The notes beneath the pieces are model-generated. The model had not been told where the DNA came from, made no database searches, and was given only the letters and a program-made list of their open reading frames with translations. DNA of 64,000 nt, from NCBI GenBank assembly GCA_963728405.1, contig CAVSJV010000005.1, positions 96,001 to 160,000 on the forward strand, given 5' to 3'. Position numbers and translations under genes: made by a program. The stretch is from Methanomassiliicoccaceae archaeon. GTDB lineage: Archaea; Thermoplasmatota; Thermoplasmata; Methanomassiliicoccales; Methanomassiliicoccaceae. Numbering within the stretch: position 1 is the stretch's first letter; every line of letters starts with the position of its first letter. This document shows positions 10,750 to 21,529 of this stretch, one piece after another.

Positions 10750-13481
10750 CCTCGGTCCTTCTCACCGGAGGGGCGGGTTTCATCGGCACCTACGTCGCCC
10801 GTTGGCTGATCGGCAACACCGACCGCTCCATCATAGCACTGGTCCGGGCCCAGGACGACGAGGCCGCGAAGCGCCGTCTGGCGAGAGCGTGGTGGGACTG
10901 GTCCGAGCTCACGGGCGCGATGGGAACCAGGATCGAGGTTTTGACTGGAAACGTCGAACGGGAGCATTTCGGCCTCGATGATCGAAGGTACGATGAGCTG
11001 GTGAGGAAGGTCGGCGACATCGTCCACGTTGCCGCCGACATCAGGCTCAATGCGCCCCTGGACGAACTGCGGAGGACCAACGTGGACGGTGTGAGGAACG
11101 TCCTCAAGCTCGCCAATGACGTGCATCGCGATCACGGTCTCGGCCGCCTCTCTCACGTCTCCACGGCCTACGTGGCCGGTCGACGCCAAGGTCCGGTCTC
11201 GGAGGAGGACCTGACCGACCGATATGGTTTCCTCAGCAACTACGAGCGAAGCAAGTTCGAGGGTGAGATGCTGGTCCGGGAAGCGAAACATCTCCCGACC
11301 TCGGTATTCCGCCCGGGGATGGTGGTGGGCAGCTCCGAGGATGGTCATGTCCGCACCTTCAACACCCTGTACTATCCTCTCCGCCTATATCTCACTGGTA
11401 AGCTGAGGGTCGTTCCCCTTTCACCGTCACAGAAGGTTAACCTGGTCCCGGTCGACCACGTTGCCGCGGCAATCGGTCGCCTGACCTTGGACCCCCGGGC
11501 AGAGGGGCGCACCTTCCATCTGGTCGGAGCGCCCGACGCGCTCCCCACCGTGAAGGAGGTGGTCGACCTCACCAGATCATGGGCCAGGGAGGAACTGGGC
11601 GTCGATCTCCCCCGGCCGATCTATTTTCCCGCGGCCATGGGCCTCATGGGACGAGGCTCCTCGGAGGACCTCAGCGTGCTCGCCCCCTACCTGCGGGAGC
11701 GCCGCGAGTTCCGAAGGGACAATGGGGACGAGTTGCTCGGCCCCTATATGGTGGACTGGCACGAGCTCCTTCCCCGTCTGCTGGAGTTCGGGACGTACAG
11801 CGGCTTCCTGCACCGGAGCGACCGGACGGTGCACGAACAGGTGCTGTTCCGACTTAAGAGCAGGCGGAGGCCGGTCCGCTTGCATGACATCGTGGGTGGC
11901 TCGGTGATCGCCCGCCCGGCCGAGGAGGTCCGGATGGAGATGCTCAAGGCAACCGCCGCACTCCGGTCGCGGGGGATAGGGCAAGGCGACCGGGTGGCCA
12001 TCGTCGGAACGAACAGTACCCGCTACCTCGTCCTGGACGTGGCCATCGGCCTGGTCGGCGCGGTGAGCGTGCCACTGTACTATACCAGCCCGCCCCGGGA
12101 ACTGGACGAGCTCATCGAGGCCAGTGGGGCTAAGCTGGTGCTGATCGGCTCCGAGGCGGTGCTTAAGATGGTCGGTGCGATGAGGTCGTCCGCGCCCGTT
12201 GTCTCCTTCTGCCGCTCCGTGCCCGAGGAAGCAGGAAAGCAGGTGATTCCCTGGGAGGAGTTCCTAGGGCGGGGTGGTGAGGGGTGCGATGGCTCCCCGG
12301 CGGGGTTCGGGGACGCGGCCACGCTGCGGTACACCTCCAGCACCACTGGGAAGGCCAAGGGGGTGTTGTTCAAGCACGAGCACCTGCGTTACATGGCCGA
12401 GTCCACGGCGTCCCTGCCACCATGGAAGACCCGCAACTCTGAGGTCTTCTACCTTTCCTTCCTGCCCATGAACCACGTGGTGGAGGGCATCCTCGCCACC
12501 TACTCTCCCTTCTACGCCCCGGCCGCGGTGAACCTCTACTTCCTGGAGGACTTCCGGGGATTACAGGACGCCCTGGTCAAGGTGAGGCCCACTGTGTTCT
12601 TCTCGGTCCCCCGGTTCTACGAGAAGATGAGGGACGGCCTGATGGCGAACGGCCTGGCAAGGAGATACCTGGAGAGGCCCGGTGGGATCAGACAGTGGGT
12701 GCTCGCACCCCTGATCAGGAGGCGGACACTGCGGGCCGCGGGCCTGGACCGTTGCGCCTACCTGATCTCCGGCTCCGGCCCCCTGAGCCCTGAGATACAG
12801 GCTTCCTTTCACCAACTGGGCATCGAGGTGCACAACGCCTACGGACTAACTGAAGCTCCCCTGGTCACCATCAACTACCCCGGCCGCAACCGGATCGGTA
12901 CGGTGGGTGAACCGCTTCCTTTGACCGAAGTGGCCATCGCCGAGGACGGCGAGGTGTTGGTCAAGGGACCGCAGGTGACCTGTGGTTACTTTGGCGACGG
13001 GGAGCAGCCGTTCCGCGATGGTTTTCTTCGCACCGGCGACATCGGCCGTCTCACCGCCGAGGGCAGTCTGGTCCTGGATGGTCGTAAGAAAGAGCTCATC
13101 AAGACCGCCTACGGGAAGTTCGTGAACCCCTTGAAGGTGGAGACGATGCTGCGCGACCTGCCCGGGGTGTTTGAGGCCATGATCGTGGGAGAGGGTCGCC
13201 CTTACTGTACCGCGCTGGTCTGGTCGGAGAAAGGAGCGTCCCCTGGCATCGACCGCCTTGTCGAGCAGCTGAACGCGCACCTGTCGCATCCCGAGCAGAT
13301 CAAGGCATGGGCGGTGCTCCCGAACACCCTATCGGTCGATGGCGGCGAACTCACCGCCAACATGAAGCTCCGGAGGCCGCGGGTGCTGGAGCGCTATGCC
13401 TCGGTGATCGAGGCCATTTACTCGGGGTCTGCGCCCCCTCACGAGGTGCTGCACCTGGGCAGGGCGGGGAGGAAAGTATGA
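10746..13481 (+). CDS. Fusion of thioester/fatty-acyl reductase (extended SDR) and long-chain acyl-CoA synthetase (AMP-binding)
   Basis: N-half: TGGAGFIG, HVSTAYV, YERSK. C-half: YTSSTTGKAKG, YGLTE, TGDIG, GRKKELI, NMKLRR. ATGA overlap with the upstream gene. Confidence 0.9.
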   Translation: MTSVLLTGGAGFIGTYVARWLIGNTDRSIIALVRAQDDEAAKRRLARAWWDWSELTGAMGTRIEVLTGNVEREHFGLDDRRYDELVRKVGDIVHVAADIRLNAPLDELRRTNVDGVRNVLKLANDVHRDHGLGRLSHVSTAYVAGRRQGPVSEEDLTDRYGFLSNYERSKFEGEMLVREAKHLPTSVFRPGMVVGSSEDGHVRTFNTLYYPLRLYLTGKLRVVPLSPSQKVNLVPVDHVAAAIGRLTLDPRAEGRTFHLVGAPDALPTVKEVVDLTRSWAREELGVDLPRPIYFPAAMGLMGRGSSEDLSVLAPYLRERREFRRDNGDELLGPYMVDWHELLPRLLEFGTYSGFLHRSDRTVHEQVLFRLKSRRRPVRLHDIVGGSVIARPAEEVRMEMLKATAALRSRGIGQGDRVAIVGTNSTRYLVLDVAIGLVGAVSVPLYYTSPPRELDELIEASGAKLVLIGSEAVLKMVGAMRSSAPVVSFCRSVPEEAGKQVIPWEEFLGRGGEGCDGSPAGFGDAATLRYTSSTTGKAKGVLFKHEHLRYMAESTASLPPWKTRNSEVFYLSFLPMNHVVEGILATYSPFYAPAAVNLYFLEDFRGLQDALVKVRPTVFFSVPRFYEKMRDGLMANGLARRYLERPGGIRQWVLAPLIRRRTLRAAGLDRCAYLISGSGPLSPEIQASFHQLGIEVHNAYGLTEAPLVTINYPGRNRIGTVGEPLPLTEVAIAEDGEVLVKGPQVTCGYFGDGEQPFRDGFLRTGDIGRLTAEGSLVLDGRKKELIKTAYGKFVNPLKVETMLRDLPGVFEAMIVGEGRPYCTALVWSEKGASPGIDRLVEQLNAHLSHPEQIKAWAVLPNTLSVDGGELTANMKLRRPRVLERYASVIEAIYSGSAPPHEVLHLGRAGRKV

Positions 13482-14077
13482 GCGCGCGACTGCGGCTGGC
13501 ATCGCTCTGGATGCCTCGCTTTATGATGGTCCGGGAGATCGAGAGGATCCGGTCAAGCACCGATGCGGCGCTGGACGACCTGCTGGCCGAGCACGCCCCG
13601 GGGTCACTGAAGGAAGAGCGAGAGGGGCCGTGCCGCCGGCTGGAGGAGCGGAGAGCGGCCATGGCCCGGGGCCACGAGAGGAAGGTCAGGGCATTGATCG
13701 AGGGGGTGGGCCGGGAACGGGCCATCACACTGGGGAGAGAGGCCCTGTTCCGCACCGGCCTGGCATTAGGAGAGGAGGCCAAGGGCCGTCTGGGGGTGAA
13801 GGATACGAAGAGCGACCTGCTACGGGCGGCGGGGGTGCTATACCGAATACTGGGCATCGAGTTCAATATGGTCGGCGGTCCCGAGGGTGACGGGATGGAG
13901 GTGTCCCGCTGCGCGCTGTCCCAGCACTACTCGCAAGAGGCCTGCATGATCCTGAGCGCGGTGGACGAGGGGACGGTCAGTGGCCTCAGTCCGCGGGCGG
14001 GCATGCTGTTCGAGGAGCGTATCACCGACGGATCCCCTAGGTGCGTGGCCAGGATCACTTTCCAGGAGGACAGATGA
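13478..14077 (+). CDS. L-2-amino-thiazoline-4-carboxylate hydrolase-like (V4R-related) protein
   Basis: C-terminal RCALS...C..LSAVDEG...GSPRC cysteine pattern; ATGA overlap. Confidence 0.65.
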   Translation: MSARLRLASLWMPRFMMVREIERIRSSTDAALDDLLAEHAPGSLKEEREGPCRRLEERRAAMARGHERKVRALIEGVGRERAITLGREALFRTGLALGEEAKGRLGVKDTKSDLLRAAGVLYRILGIEFNMVGGPEGDGMEVSRCALSQHYSQEACMILSAVDEGTVSGLSPRAGMLFEERITDGSPRCVARITFQEDR

Positions 14078-15355
14078 GAGCGATCGTGGTCGGCTCGGGA
14101 GCTGGCGGGGCAACCGCCGCGCGAGATATGGTCATGAGAGGGATGGAGGTCGTAGTCTTGGAGGCGGGCGCGAAGTTCAAGCCGTTCACCCGTCGAGTGG
14201 GGTGGACCGAGCCCCTCCGCCGGGCCGGGCTGCTGGGAGGGGAACGAGAACGTTCCTAGGTTCCTCAGTGCCTACCGTACCGCGCGGTCGAGCGAGGAGC
14301 TGTTGCTCGTGCGGTCCGTGGCTGTGGGCGGGTGCACAGTGGTCTCCTGCGGGAACATGGTCCGGGCGGAGGGTGGCCTAAGGGAGATCGGGCTTGACCT
14401 CACCAAGGAGTACGAGGAACTGGAGAGCTGTATCAAGGTGAGAACGGTCCCCCAGGAGAGGTGGCGCCCTCTCACCATGGAGATGTTCAAGGTAGCACAG
14501 GAGATGGGGCTCGAGCCCATGGCGACGCCGAAGGCCGTGAACATGGACCGGTGCACCTCCTGCGGGCTGTGCGAGGTCGGATGCTCTACGGGGGCGAGAT
14601 GGGACTCCCGGCGGTTCCTGGGTGAGGCCGTGAGGGAGGGTTGCAGGGTGCACCCTGAGGCTAAAGTGAACAGGGTCGTCTTCGATGGGGGTAAGGCTGT
14701 CGGAGTGCAGGTGGAGCTGGCGGGGCGCTTAGAAACGGTCAGAGGGGATGCGGTGGTCCTGGCCGCGGGGGGCATCGGCACGGCCCAGATCCTGAGGGCA
14801 TCCGGTATAGCTCCCAGCGACACGCTGTGGGCCGATCTCGTCCTCACCATCGGTGGAATGGTCAAGGGAGCGAGGCAGCTGGAGGAGCCGCCCATGGTGT
14901 GGTTCGCCCAGCGGGACGGATATATCATCTCTCCATACTTGGACGTGCTCTCCCACTGGTTCCACCGCCCCTGGAGGGACGTGGGGCTCCGCGACCGGGC
15001 CGGAGTGATGATCAAGCTGGCCGAGGCGGCCAACGGTAAGGTGCGAGAGGACGGGTCGGTAGAGAAGCCGATCGACGAGGAGGATCGGGAGCGGCTGCAG
15101 AAGGCCGGTGACGAGGTCAGGGGGATGATGGAGAGGGCGGGGGTCCGGGCCCCCTATGTCGATGGCCTGCTCCACGGTGGCCACCTGGGAGGCACCGTGC
15201 CTCTCCGGAAAGAGGACGTCGACAGCATGCACCCGTCCATCCTGCCTGAAGGCTTGTGGGTGGCCGACCTCTCCTTACTTCCCCGCTCTCAGGGCCTTCC
15301 CACCATGTTGACCGCGGCGGCTCTGGCTCTGAGAGTATCGCGTCGGATCGCCTAG
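14074..15355 (+). CDS. GMC-family FAD oxidoreductase with CxxCxxCxxxC motif, frameshift at ~14250
   Basis: [11 protein letters not shown] motif, [35 protein letters not shown]; ATGA overlap. Confidence 0.85.
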
Positions 15356-16045
15356 ATATGGAGATCCTCCTGGCATTCTATCAACAAGAAGTGGAGAGCC
15401 CCATCCACCCCTCCAGCTCCTCGTCCAGCCTAAGGAAGCTTTGGTCCCCTAACGATATGAAGGGGTCGAAGCAATTGAACTCCAGTTTGCCGTAGTGGAA
15501 CTAGCCCACTATGTTCACCTCGTGTTCTTCGCCCTCAGGACCGGGGCCTGTGAAGGGTTTACCAAGCCGTGAGGTGCTGCAACCATGACCCGTCGATATT
15601 GTGAACAAAACAGTTCCCCTCGGTCAGGTGCTCCACTATTCCCAGATGCACTAGAACAAAAACGATTATCGCTCCGTTATGGTTGCATTAAGGGCACCGG
15701 TTCGGGGCCAGGGACCCCTTCGCCACCGTAGCCCATATAGGATTATTAGATACGAAAAGGAATATATATTATCTCCAATAATATATATGGTCCGCTTTGT
15801 TAGTGGCTCCAAATCCATCATTATTGACAGCTCCTGACGGAGGATCTTGATGAAAAAATGCTGTGAGGGCCATTTCGTTCTAAATGAAGAGGCTCTGGCC
15901 CACTTCATCTACTAATGAACGTTTGATCGACCGATGGTGTATCCCATCATCGATTGGTCAATATGGGTAGCATGCCCTCGACCATCCCATTAGATAGTTT
16001 CACCGGGAAATCTCCCATGCCCTTTCATTCAGTCCCTTTCCATCT

Positions 16046-16393
16046 TCAAGTCAATTGCTTTAGGTTATCGGCACAGCGTCTGGCACTGTTGGCACAGGTG
16101 CTGAAATAATTGTCCCTCGGGACGGTGTCGCACATCGTCGCACATGCCTCGCATATCTCTATCACCGAAGGAGCCAATCGCCTGAAATACGGGGACCCTC
16201 GAAGCATCATCTTCTCGCTCAGCTTGCTGGCTCCAGCACAGTCCATGAGCACGCCGAGCACGTCCATCTGAGCGAGCTCCCCGCCCCTATTGATCGCATA
16301 GAATATGGTCTCCTCGCAGATATCACGGCAGTCTCTGCAGCTCTCGATCGTCTTCTCCACATAGCTGATCTGCGTCTTGGTCATAGTAGCCAT
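16046..16393 (-). CDS. Cys-rich four-helix bundle copper storage protein (Csp3/DUF326-like)
   Basis: Repeated CxxCxxxC motifs (CRDCRDIC, CEACATMC) and a C-terminal CANSARRC. Confidence 0.8.
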   Translation of the reverse strand: MATMTKTQISYVEKTIESCRDCRDICEETIFYAINRGGELAQMDVLGVLMDCAGASKLSEKMMLRGSPYFRRLAPSVIEICEACATMCDTVPRDNYFSTCANSARRCADNLKQLT

Positions 16394-17354
16394 AGTTGCA
16401 TCTCTCCTGACAATGCCGATTCGCCCAGGTTTGAAGGGAGCTGAGGTTACAGGGCTAGATGTTCTGCTCTCCCTCATCAATGGTTATGATGCATCGGTGG
16501 ACGGGTCCAGCATTGGCCCACTGTCTTTACGGTTCATTTTTGACATGAACGCCTGCAAACTCTAGGGTAATTTTCCGAACCCGCGAGTATTTCTTATTTG
16601 TTATACTGTAAGCTCGAGAAGTCGGTCGATCGGTAATATTATCACGGGGCGAGGAGGAGCCAGACCTCCATTCGTCCTCCTGAGGGTTCCGGAGGTCCTG
16701 AACCCTTCTCCGGACTATGGTCAAGGGCCGTCGCCCATCGACCGCCCGCTCTTCTTCCTTGCCCTCTAGTCGATTCGTTCTTGATCCGGCCCGGTACAAT
16801 CGGGCCAGCTCCAGGTGTGGTAGCTATTGTAGGAAGCGTATCTGTTCTCGACCTGAGCTTCCGGCCCATTGCAGAGCGGTGACTCCCGGCCATCCTTTTC
16901 TGAGATCGTTCTACACAACGATGTATCCGAGTTTAGCTCGATACTCATTTGGCTCGTCATAATGCTGTTTGGTCGATCCCTCTTGCCTCAGAGACCTGTG
17001 GGCTTCCTTGAGATGGTGCTCCAGGATGATCATGGTAATGAGAGGTCGTTCAGTATGGTGAAGAGAAAAGTCAATATCTAAATCTGGTAAGGGGTGGGTT
17101 ACTATCTTGTCTGAGGTACCCCGCACAGGTAGGTAGATGGCATCAGCCTTGGAATGGGAGATGCAGTATTTCATCGATCTGGTGCTCATTGGATGTTGGT
17201 CCTTGAAAGGATCGCACGGAATCGAGAAGCGGGCGGGTCAGGCCAATGCTCCTCACCGGGCGATCTGGTCGCCGCGATGTAGGTCTTAGGCCTTCTCGCG
17301 AGCAAATCGATCCTCGGACACGGCCCGTTATATTTAGCCCGAGCGTGATGCTTA

Positions 17355-18575
17355 ATGGCGATGTCCACACCGAAGAAGGTCCTGTTTGTAAGCGGGTCCG
17401 TGGGGCTTGGGCACGTGGGGAGGGACGTGGCAGTGGCCAACCACCTCCGCGATCTCAGGCCGGGGACGGTGATACATTGGATGGCCGGTGATCCCGCTCG
17501 CCTCCATCTAAAGTGTCGGGGAGAGATGCTCGCCCCTGGCTCGAAGGACTTTGATCAGGGGACGGAGGTCCTGGAGAAAAGCGCTAAGGGGTATACCGCC
17601 GACCTCCTTGAGTTCACCACCGAGCTAATGATCTCATTCGACCGGAACGGCAAGCGGGTATGGGACACCATCGAGGATGGCGGCTACGATCTAGTAATTT
17701 ATGACGAGGCCTATGAGGTGGCGATCTACGCTGACCGGAACCAGGACAAGATCGACCGGGTGCCGATCGTCGGCCTGGTGGACTTCTTCGGCACCTATTC
17801 CGATCCCAAGGACCTGAGGGAGCACTGGGTCCGCTGGAAGAGGAATAGATACTGGATCCGTTACATCAAGAGGTCCATGCCGATACCTGACCTCTACCTG
17901 TTCTTCGGCGAGCTGGAGGACGTCCCGGACCAGAACCTCGGACTGTTCCTGCCCAATGCCAGGAGGCTCGCGTCCCGAGGGAAGATGCAGTTCGTTGGAT
18001 ATCCGCTGCAGTTCGATCCCCAGGAGATCGACCGGAGCGCCCTGAGGAAGAAATTCGGATATGGGGATGAGAAGGTGGTCCTGTGCACCGTAGGCGGTAC
18101 CGCGGTCGGGAGGCCATTGGTGGGGCTGTGCATAGATGCCTATCCTATCATTAAGGAATGCGTACCCGATCTGAAGGTGATACTGGCCCTGGGGCCCCAT
18201 CTCGAGAAGGAGGGGTTAGCGCTCCCTCCCGGCATCGAGGCGCTGGGATATGAGCCGTTGCTGTACGAACGGATGGCCGCGGCCGATCTGATCGTCTGCT
18301 CGGGAGGCGGCACCACTACCTTGGAGGCGACCGCTCTAGGCAGGCCGTTCCTTTACTTCCCCCTTCTGAACCACTTCGAGCAGCAGAAGATAGTCGCACC
18401 GAGGTGCGAGAGGTTCGCTGCAGGCGTAAGGATGGATTTCGCCCGAACCAACTCACGGTCGCTGGCAGAAGAGGTTACTCGGTGGATCGGCAGGGAGATG
18501 GAGCACAGGCCGATGCGATTGGACGGGGCAAGTCGGGCGGCCGAGATGATCCAGAAGCTCCTAGATCATTATTGA
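17355..18575 (+). CDS. GT-B glycosyltransferase (GT28-like)
   Basis: GLGHVGR, TVGGT, SGGGTTTLEA and HFEQ motifs. Confidence 0.85.
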   Translation: MAMSTPKKVLFVSGSVGLGHVGRDVAVANHLRDLRPGTVIHWMAGDPARLHLKCRGEMLAPGSKDFDQGTEVLEKSAKGYTADLLEFTTELMISFDRNGKRVWDTIEDGGYDLVIYDEAYEVAIYADRNQDKIDRVPIVGLVDFFGTYSDPKDLREHWVRWKRNRYWIRYIKRSMPIPDLYLFFGELEDVPDQNLGLFLPNARRLASRGKMQFVGYPLQFDPQEIDRSALRKKFGYGDEKVVLCTVGGTAVGRPLVGLCIDAYPIIKECVPDLKVILALGPHLEKEGLALPPGIEALGYEPLLYERMAAADLIVCSGGGTTTLEATALGRPFLYFPLLNHFEQQKIVAPRCERFAAGVRMDFARTNSRSLAEEVTRWIGREMEHRPMRLDGASRAAEMIQKLLDHY

Positions 18576-19135
18576 GGATGCGAATATCAACACGGGGTGA
18601 ATTCACCGGATGAATGGTCGCTAGCCCTGGGCCCATTACTTTGCAAGTATGGTCGGGGCAGGCTGTCGGAGGGCAGGGTTGATATCCACGCTCATTTGCC
18701 ATGAAGGCCGGCCAGATCGTCGAAGGGCCCAAAGAGCATCACTGAGATGCTCGCGGTTCTGGTGAACGCAGAACGGTGTACCGTGCAAAGCTACACCGAG
18801 ATGTGCAACATGACCACAGGTAGGGCCACTGCTCCCACCATCTGTCGCTCGCTATCCTTAATGATAGGTGGGGCGCGAGTAGTGGTTCTCCGAGTTCCTA
18901 AGAGGAGACCTTCAGGGTATTTCCTGAGAGGGGTGCCCCCTTTGCATCCAATTTCCTACGTAGGGAAGGTCTCCCCTTCAGCAGGTAACCCAACTATCGT
19001 AACTAGGATGTCCTTGGGCAAGTCCAGTACCGAATATATGCACTAACTGGCGGTGCCAAGGTTAGAACAATATGGTCTGCCCTTTCACCGCGGGGCACCC
19101 CATCCCGCAGACCCTTACCACCAGATATGAAGGCA

Positions 19136-19564
19136 TCATTTCCCATCTTCCACTATCAGGTGTTTGATGACATCCCCTCTTGAAACGATGCCTACCAGGG
19201 TCTCGCCCTCCATAACTGGAATGCTTCTCAGTTTGAACTCGACCATGTAGTCGACCACCGTTCCGAGATCATCCTCGGGGCCGACCGTTACGGTCGCGGT
19301 GTGCATTATCTCGGAGGCCTTCTCTGAGAAGGCCTGAAAATACCCGCTTATCCTGAACTCCGTTCCAGTACTGAATATCTTCATCAGGTCGAGTTTGGTG
19401 ATGATGCCCTTCATTGCCCCCTCGTGTACCACGGGGATCGCATTGTAGTCATACTTGACAAAGAGATCATGAACCTCTTCGATACTGGCATCAGTATCAA
19501 TGGTCACCACATTCTGGGTCATAATTGATCCGACCTTGATCTTCTCAATCCGCTTTTCGGTCAT
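19136..19564 (-). CDS. CBS domain pair protein
   Basis: Two CBS repeats (IPVV..GIITKLD; IPVM..GIVSRGD). Confidence 0.92.
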   Translation of the reverse strand: MTEKRIEKIKVGSIMTQNVVTIDTDASIEEVHDLFVKYDYNAIPVVHEGAMKGIITKLDLMKIFSTGTEFRISGYFQAFSEKASEIMHTATVTVGPEDDLGTVVDYMVEFKLRSIPVMEGETLVGIVSRGDVIKHLIVEDGK

Positions 19565-19853
19565 CGTGACATTTCATTACTATCATCTGGATTTTTAACT
19601 TAATGCCAGATAATTAGTGATCGGACGAAATTGTGGCACCCGACTCGCTAGGCAGTAACGGCTGTGCTAAGAACAATGGGCAGATGATCCCCCCAGGAAG
19701 CGCCCGCGGCGGCGTGGGAACATGCAGGATGATGGCCCCCCTGGTAAGTATGGGCATTCTGCAGGTATGGTCAAATCTTCAATGGCGGCGCGCGGCGACA
19801 GAGCATGGTGGAGGGGTGGAAACGGCCAATGCCGATGATCCCACTCCTCCTCT

Positions 19854-19907
19854 GGGACTTGAGATCCCGTCCTTGGTAGTTCGTTGGTTCAGATCCACCC
19901 GCACCAT
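19854..19907 (+). repeat. Degenerate direct repeat of the tRNA-Leu 3' half (att-like)
   Basis: GGGACTTGAGATCCCGTCCTTGGTAGTTCGTTGGTTCAGATCCACCCGCACCAT aligns to 2224-2280; about 47 of 57 positions by hand alignment. Confidence 0.8.
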
Positions 19908-20046
19908 CGGTGCAATGATGGGATCATCATGCACTTGAATGAAGCTCGATGGCCGTGTGCCAATGGGATAAAATAGAAAATGAGCCGAGGTTCCGGACGA
20001 TCGGCCCATTTGTTGGCCATATATTACGTGGCGGTCAAGAAAGATA

Positions 20047-20355
20047 TCATCGCCAAGTTATCCTCCTCTTCTCATCTCTTTTTTCGGCCTTTTTGATGCA
20101 ATCGGGGCACAGGGTGTTCCTTCTCTTCTCACCCTGGGCGAGGGCATAGAAAACAACGATGAATAGGCCGGTGAAGACCACCCCATAGAGGGAGAGAAGC
20201 GTTGGGGTCGTGGCCACCGTCCCAGTTGACAATCCCATCACTAACACCAGAGCGAATATAACGAACGCTGCAGCGGTCACCAACATCATGTATCGATACC
20301 GGTAGCTAACGCTCCTCGCGAAGCTATTTCCGCATTCGCTGCATTTTATTTCCAT
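20047..20355 (-). CDS. Small two-TM membrane protein with split Zn-ribbon
   Basis: CSECG before and CPDC after two hydrophobic helices. Confidence 0.65.
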   Translation of the reverse strand: MEIKCSECGNSFARSVSYRYRYMMLVTAAAFVIFALVLVMGLSTGTVATTPTLLSLYGVVFTGLFIVVFYALAQGEKRRNTLCPDCIKKAEKRDEKRRITWR

Positions 20356-20641
20356 GGATGGGAATTGTCTCGCCGATATTAGAGAATGTTCCAAACCAAG
20401 GTGGGATGATCTCTCCCCCATACTAATGATACGGCCATTACTATGGACGATCTGGATACGGACGCCCAAGAACTCGTAAGCTCCCATTCCCAGGTCGCCC
20501 CGATCCCCAGCTTCCGTGGATCTTCTTTGCCGGGACGCTCGTACCCGCCGCCCCGGCCGCCGCCAAGAGGGGCATGTAATGTTCAGGGTCGAAAGTGCGG
20601 CTCGTTCCCTCTTCCATTGCGCTCGACGCATCCTTGGGCGT

Positions 20642-21407
20642 TCACCCGTTCATCCGGGAGAAGATCTGGTCGAAGTTCTCCCTCGAGCCCTGCCTTAGTC
20701 CATGGGCCCTGCCCACAGCGATCTCGTCCTCGTCCTTCTCCAGGCCGACCAGCGTCGCTTTGGCCACCTCCTCGGGCGGGATACCCCGATCGGTCTGTCC
20801 CCTTCTTTTTCTTGCCCCCTTGTCCAGGTTGGTGTCGACCGTGGGCGGGATGACCTCGAAGACCCGGATGGAGGTGTCCTTCAGTTGGTGCCGCAGGGAA
20901 ATGCTGAAGGAATGAATGGCCGCTTTGGTGGCGCAGTAGATGGGCATGGAGGCGATGGGGACGAAGCCAAGGCCGGAGCTCACAGTTCACGATGGCCGCT
21001 TTATCTCTCTTGAGCAGGTCGGGAATGAAATGGGCGGCCAGGTAAACATAGGCCTTGAAATTGATGTCGATCTCGTCCTCCTCGTCGGCCTGCTGATTCC
21101 TCAAGAGGTCCTCGGTCCCCTTCCTCAGGTCGATCATCCGCTGGATCCCGGCGTTGTTGACCAGCACATTCATACGAGGAAAGTTGGAACGCACCCAGTC
21201 GTGAAGTCGCACTCTCTCATCCTCTCTGGACAAGTCGCTCCTTATAATGTTCAGTCCCGGCAGTTCTTCCTTAGCCCGTCTCAGGTTCACTTCCGACCGA
21301 GCACATACGATGACCTCGTTGTCGCGTTCCAGGAACGTCCTGGCCAACGCGAACCCGATCCCGGTCGAACCACCGGTTATCAAAATGGTGTTGCCGCTAG
21401 TTTCCAT
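20642..21407 (-). CDS. Short-chain dehydrogenase (DltE-like), frameshift at ~20985
   Basis: ITGGSTGIG and NNAGIQ, then SSGL..YCATK in the second frame. Confidence 0.88.
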
Positions 21408-21529
21408 AGGGCCCTCCTTGATGATCGGCCGTGCGAGATATGGCCTCAATAGATACGCCCCCTCTTTGAAGAAAGGGAGCGAAGCCCTGATCCTCTTTTA
21501 TTTGTCTGGGCATGATATCGATCCCCCCA

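Noticed and set aside
9870-13866. Long antisense or alternative-frame ORFs over GC-rich genes (also 23405-24094, 26999-27838, 30372-31223, 36686-37582, 44364-45311)
   Set aside because: Shadow ORFs caused by GC3 bias; they overlap well-supported genes and have no motifs.
16527-17340. Possible integrase remnant inside the island
   Set aside because: Only a weak NDLRK resemblance across stop codons; cannot be supported without a profile search.
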